NCBI GenBank assembly: GCA_035221665.1
Contig: CM069147.1
Coordinates: 12,152,001-12,216,000 of the forward strand
Reading direction: 5' to 3'
Length of the DNA stretch: 64,000 nucleotides
Source of the DNA: Okamejei kenojei
Taxonomy: Eukaryota
The translations under genes and the position numbers were made by a program. The first letter of the stretch is position 1. Every line of letters starts with the position of its first letter. The notes beneath the pieces are model-generated. The model ran no database searches. It was not told the origin of the DNA and saw only the letters and a program-made list of their open reading frames with translations. This document shows, piece after piece, positions 61,063 to 64,000 of the stretch.

Positions 61063-61482
61063 CATAGAAACATAGGAATTAGGTGCAGGAGCAGGCCATT
61101 CGGCCCTTCGAGCCTGCACCGCCATTCAATATGATCATGGCTGATCATCCAACTCAGTATCCTGTACCTGCCTTCTCTCCATACCCCCTGATCCCTTCAG
61201 CCACAAGGGCCACATCCAACTCCCTCTTAAATATGGCCAACGAACTGGCCTCAACTACCTTCTGTGGCAGAGAATTCCACAGATTCACCACTCTCTGTGT
61301 GAAAAACGATTTTCTCATCTCGGTCCTAAAAGACTTCCCCCTTATCCTTAAACTGTGACCCCTTGTCCTGGACTTCCCCAACATCGGGAACAATTTTCCT
61401 GCATCTAGCCTGTCCAACCCCTTTAGAATTTTGTAAGTCTCTATGAGGTCACCCCTCAATCTTCTAAATTCCAGCGAGTACA
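61063..61482 (-). mobile_element. CR1/HER1-type LINE 3' fragment
   Basis: [32 protein letters not shown]...; near-identical subfamily to 4513-4886. Confidence 0.9.
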
Positions 61483-63564
61483 TGTCGGAAACACTTTAAA
61501 ATAACCATATGTTAGAAATATTTAACTATTTATTTAGGCTACATCTTACAATGATGTGTAGCAGAATCGAAACAAAATCACTGACGATAAATATGCTGTC
61601 CATTTATCAATACAATTAATGTAACCTTCCTGATTTTAGACCAATTTAGCGGTGCAATGGCATTCCTTTATCTTTTTGTATTGGGCACGTTTCTAAATTT
61701 AATGACGTGTATTCAGCAGAAAAGCAAACCAACTTGATACATTTTAGTCTCTGTTTCTAACCGATACTGGTAGCATAGTCTTAAATGCATCACAGCTGTA
61801 TTAAGGCTGGCGATAACGAGCCTCAATGTTTCAATTGACCTTTTATTTTTGATCTATTATTTGCATTTGCATTTTGCGTTTGGTGTGTTAAAAACAGGCA
61901 TTTTAACGGAGAAATCTTAAGCTTTGTTTGTAATACACTGTAGTTAAAATTATCCAAAAGCAAGTCACTTGGGAACGCTGAGGAGACATTCAATCTGATA
62001 ATCTATTGTCGGATTAAAAAAGTAGACATCATTGGAGAAAGAGAAACTTCACTGGACAATAAACACTTTTAAGAACGTTTTCAGCAATCTTGGAAATTAA
62101 GTAGCAAAATAACCATTATATACCATATGACAAAAGTCAGGGAGCAGCCAACCTGTCCAGCATGTTGCAGCCTGTAGATATCAATATATTTTCTAATTAA
62201 CAACAATAACTTTAACAACTTTATTATTTTCAGTGGCTAAGATCAGGAAACGAAAATACCATGCCTATCATCTATAACCACATTTCCCTCCACAGAGATT
62301 GATATGTTAATAATCATTCCGAAACATTAAAGTACAGTACATATTTTATGTGTAGTCATGATGGATTCCAGTTTTCTTTTACAAGATTTCTTGTGTACTT
62401 CCCCTGTTGCTTGTCCTTCCTTAGTATTTATTCCTTACTTTCTTAATTTTAACCTGATTTAATCTTTTAAACTGTACTTCCTCGTATGTTTTTATTTTCT
62501 CTGGACTTTTTCCCAGTTTTCCAAGCTCTCAGTTCGTCTCAACAATTTTCCCTACTGCTATCTGACCTCCCGTCTGTTTCTATTTTCCATTCATTGCCGA
62601 TTATTTTGAAAACCATGGCTTCTTCACATTTTATATGCTTATTCTATCACCAGTGACCTATCAGCTTCAAACACTGCCTGACCTCATTCCTCTTCCTATT
62701 TTCCCATCATTGTCAATGTTGCCAGTTTTACCTGCTTCTCCTTTGTCTCCATCAGGCAGGGCAGGAAATGGCAGGAAATGGAAGATGCACTGTTTCAGGG
62801 TGGTACAGCTGGAGCACCACACAGAGCTGAGGTCATTAGAGAACGAGTTCACTGCTGGGATCGCCACAAGCCTTTCCTATTTGCTCATCCTCATTTCAAA
62901 ATAATAATTAATCCTTTTTAATGCATATTATCGTTGGGCTTACTGTTACATTTTATATCAAATTATTTATATTAGCCTGGAAAATTGTTCCCAGAAACCT
63001 TGGCTATTTATGTCTTTCACACTTGATTGAGTATTCCCTTCATTAAATTTTTGTGCTGGCTGACATTACAAAAGTAATTCAATACAATAAAAGCCAGTCC
63101 GGTGATGCATAGTAATGCAGTCATATGAGAAGCTGCCATTGAATTTGGACAGCAACCACCAAAGGTTTGTGGTGTTTGCACTTTAAATTCTCAATAAACA
63201 GATTTTTTTGGATTATCATGTATAGTTACAAGTGTGATGGATTATAAGCCTTTTAAGAAAAAAGTTATATCAAAATTGGCTTTTATTTAATTGAAAACAA
63301 AATGAATAACTCTTTATGACTGCATAATTAGCAGCAGAAAAACACATAATTTATTTATAGATCCCTCAGAGATAAGGAAAGCTAGGTTCCTACTATACCA
63401 AGGATTGCAATTCTGGAAGATGTTGCTTAGGGTTTAGGATACATTTTTCTATAATAAAAAATTGTATTGATTTGACCAGCCAAAGTTAATCTTAAGATAG
63501 TTGTGCATGCTTTGTGCTGTTGCAAAGTAGAGGCCTTTGGTCTGTCTTTGTCTTTGTGCAAATT

Positions 63565-64000
63565 ATTATTATTATTATTATTTTTTAATTTATTATTTTT
63601 ATTTTTTAATTTTATAATACAACTTAGGAGATAGGTCCGTAGGTACAGAAAACAAAACTATTCGTCTAGTCCTGGGTTCAAGCTTCCGTCGAGCCTCAGC
63701 GCTGGCCCATTCTACCCCTTCAAATAATCTATGAACGGGGACCATATTCTAATAAATAATTCAGGTTTGTCGATTAAAACAAATCTAATTTTTTCCAGAT
63801 TTAAGGTCTCCAACATCTCCATAATCCACATTTTAGTTGTAGGGAATGCAGGGTTTTTCCAAAATTTTAATATTAGTTTTTTCCCAGTTATTATACTATA
63901 ATCCAGGAAATTTATTTGGTTTATTGTTAGTTTTAGGTATTGTTCAGATATGCCCAATATTATTAATTTAGGATTGGGATCCAGTTGAATATTAACCACT
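63565..64000 (-). mobile_element. L1-clade LINE 3' end (ORF2 C-terminus, short 3' UTR, A-rich tail)
   Basis: LDPNPKLIILG...KKLILKFWKNPAFP..WIMEM..LEKI...WSPFIDYL*; T-rich/(TTA)n run at 63565-63615 on the + strand. Confidence 0.7.

Noticed and set aside
4513-61482. Recurrent RTRGHSLRI...[10 protein letters not shown] ORFs as a gene family or repeat-spacer array
   Set aside because: They are 5'-truncated CR1 LINE ends with irregular spacing in a eukaryotic context; there is no CRISPR structure.
60410-62171. Candidate first exons (62153-62171 with ATG, and ~60410-60458) that could splice in frame to 59051
   Set aside because: Weak donors, a purine-rich acceptor and no similarity to the DNAH5 N-terminus; unsupported without RNA data.

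Overview
Eukaryotic (vertebrate) genomic DNA. The repeat content (HE1-type V-SINEs, HER1/CR1 LINE tails, Deu-domain SINEs) points to a cartilaginous fish, probably a skate or ray. The window lies within one minus-strand multi-exon gene, an axonemal outer-arm dynein heavy chain of the DNAH5 type. I traced 31 consecutive coding exons (59051 down to 3064; 5145 nt, 1715 codons) with consistent splice phases. They match human DNAH5 exons 2-32 (N-terminal tail and linker). The first exon was not found and the motor domain runs off the left edge. One intron uses a GC donor. The introns hold CR1, Rex/Babar, L1 and DIRS fragments, SINEs and non-autonomous DNA transposons. The most notable non-coding signal is about 20 Penelope-like element (PLE) 3' ends carrying a minimal hammerhead ribozyme motif (CTGAAGA-hairpin-GAAACGTC). 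Several are ~90-140 bp stand-alone insertions with target-site duplications, some form fold-back pairs, and one is associated with a 682-bp inverted duplication. All homology calls are from recognition, not database searches.
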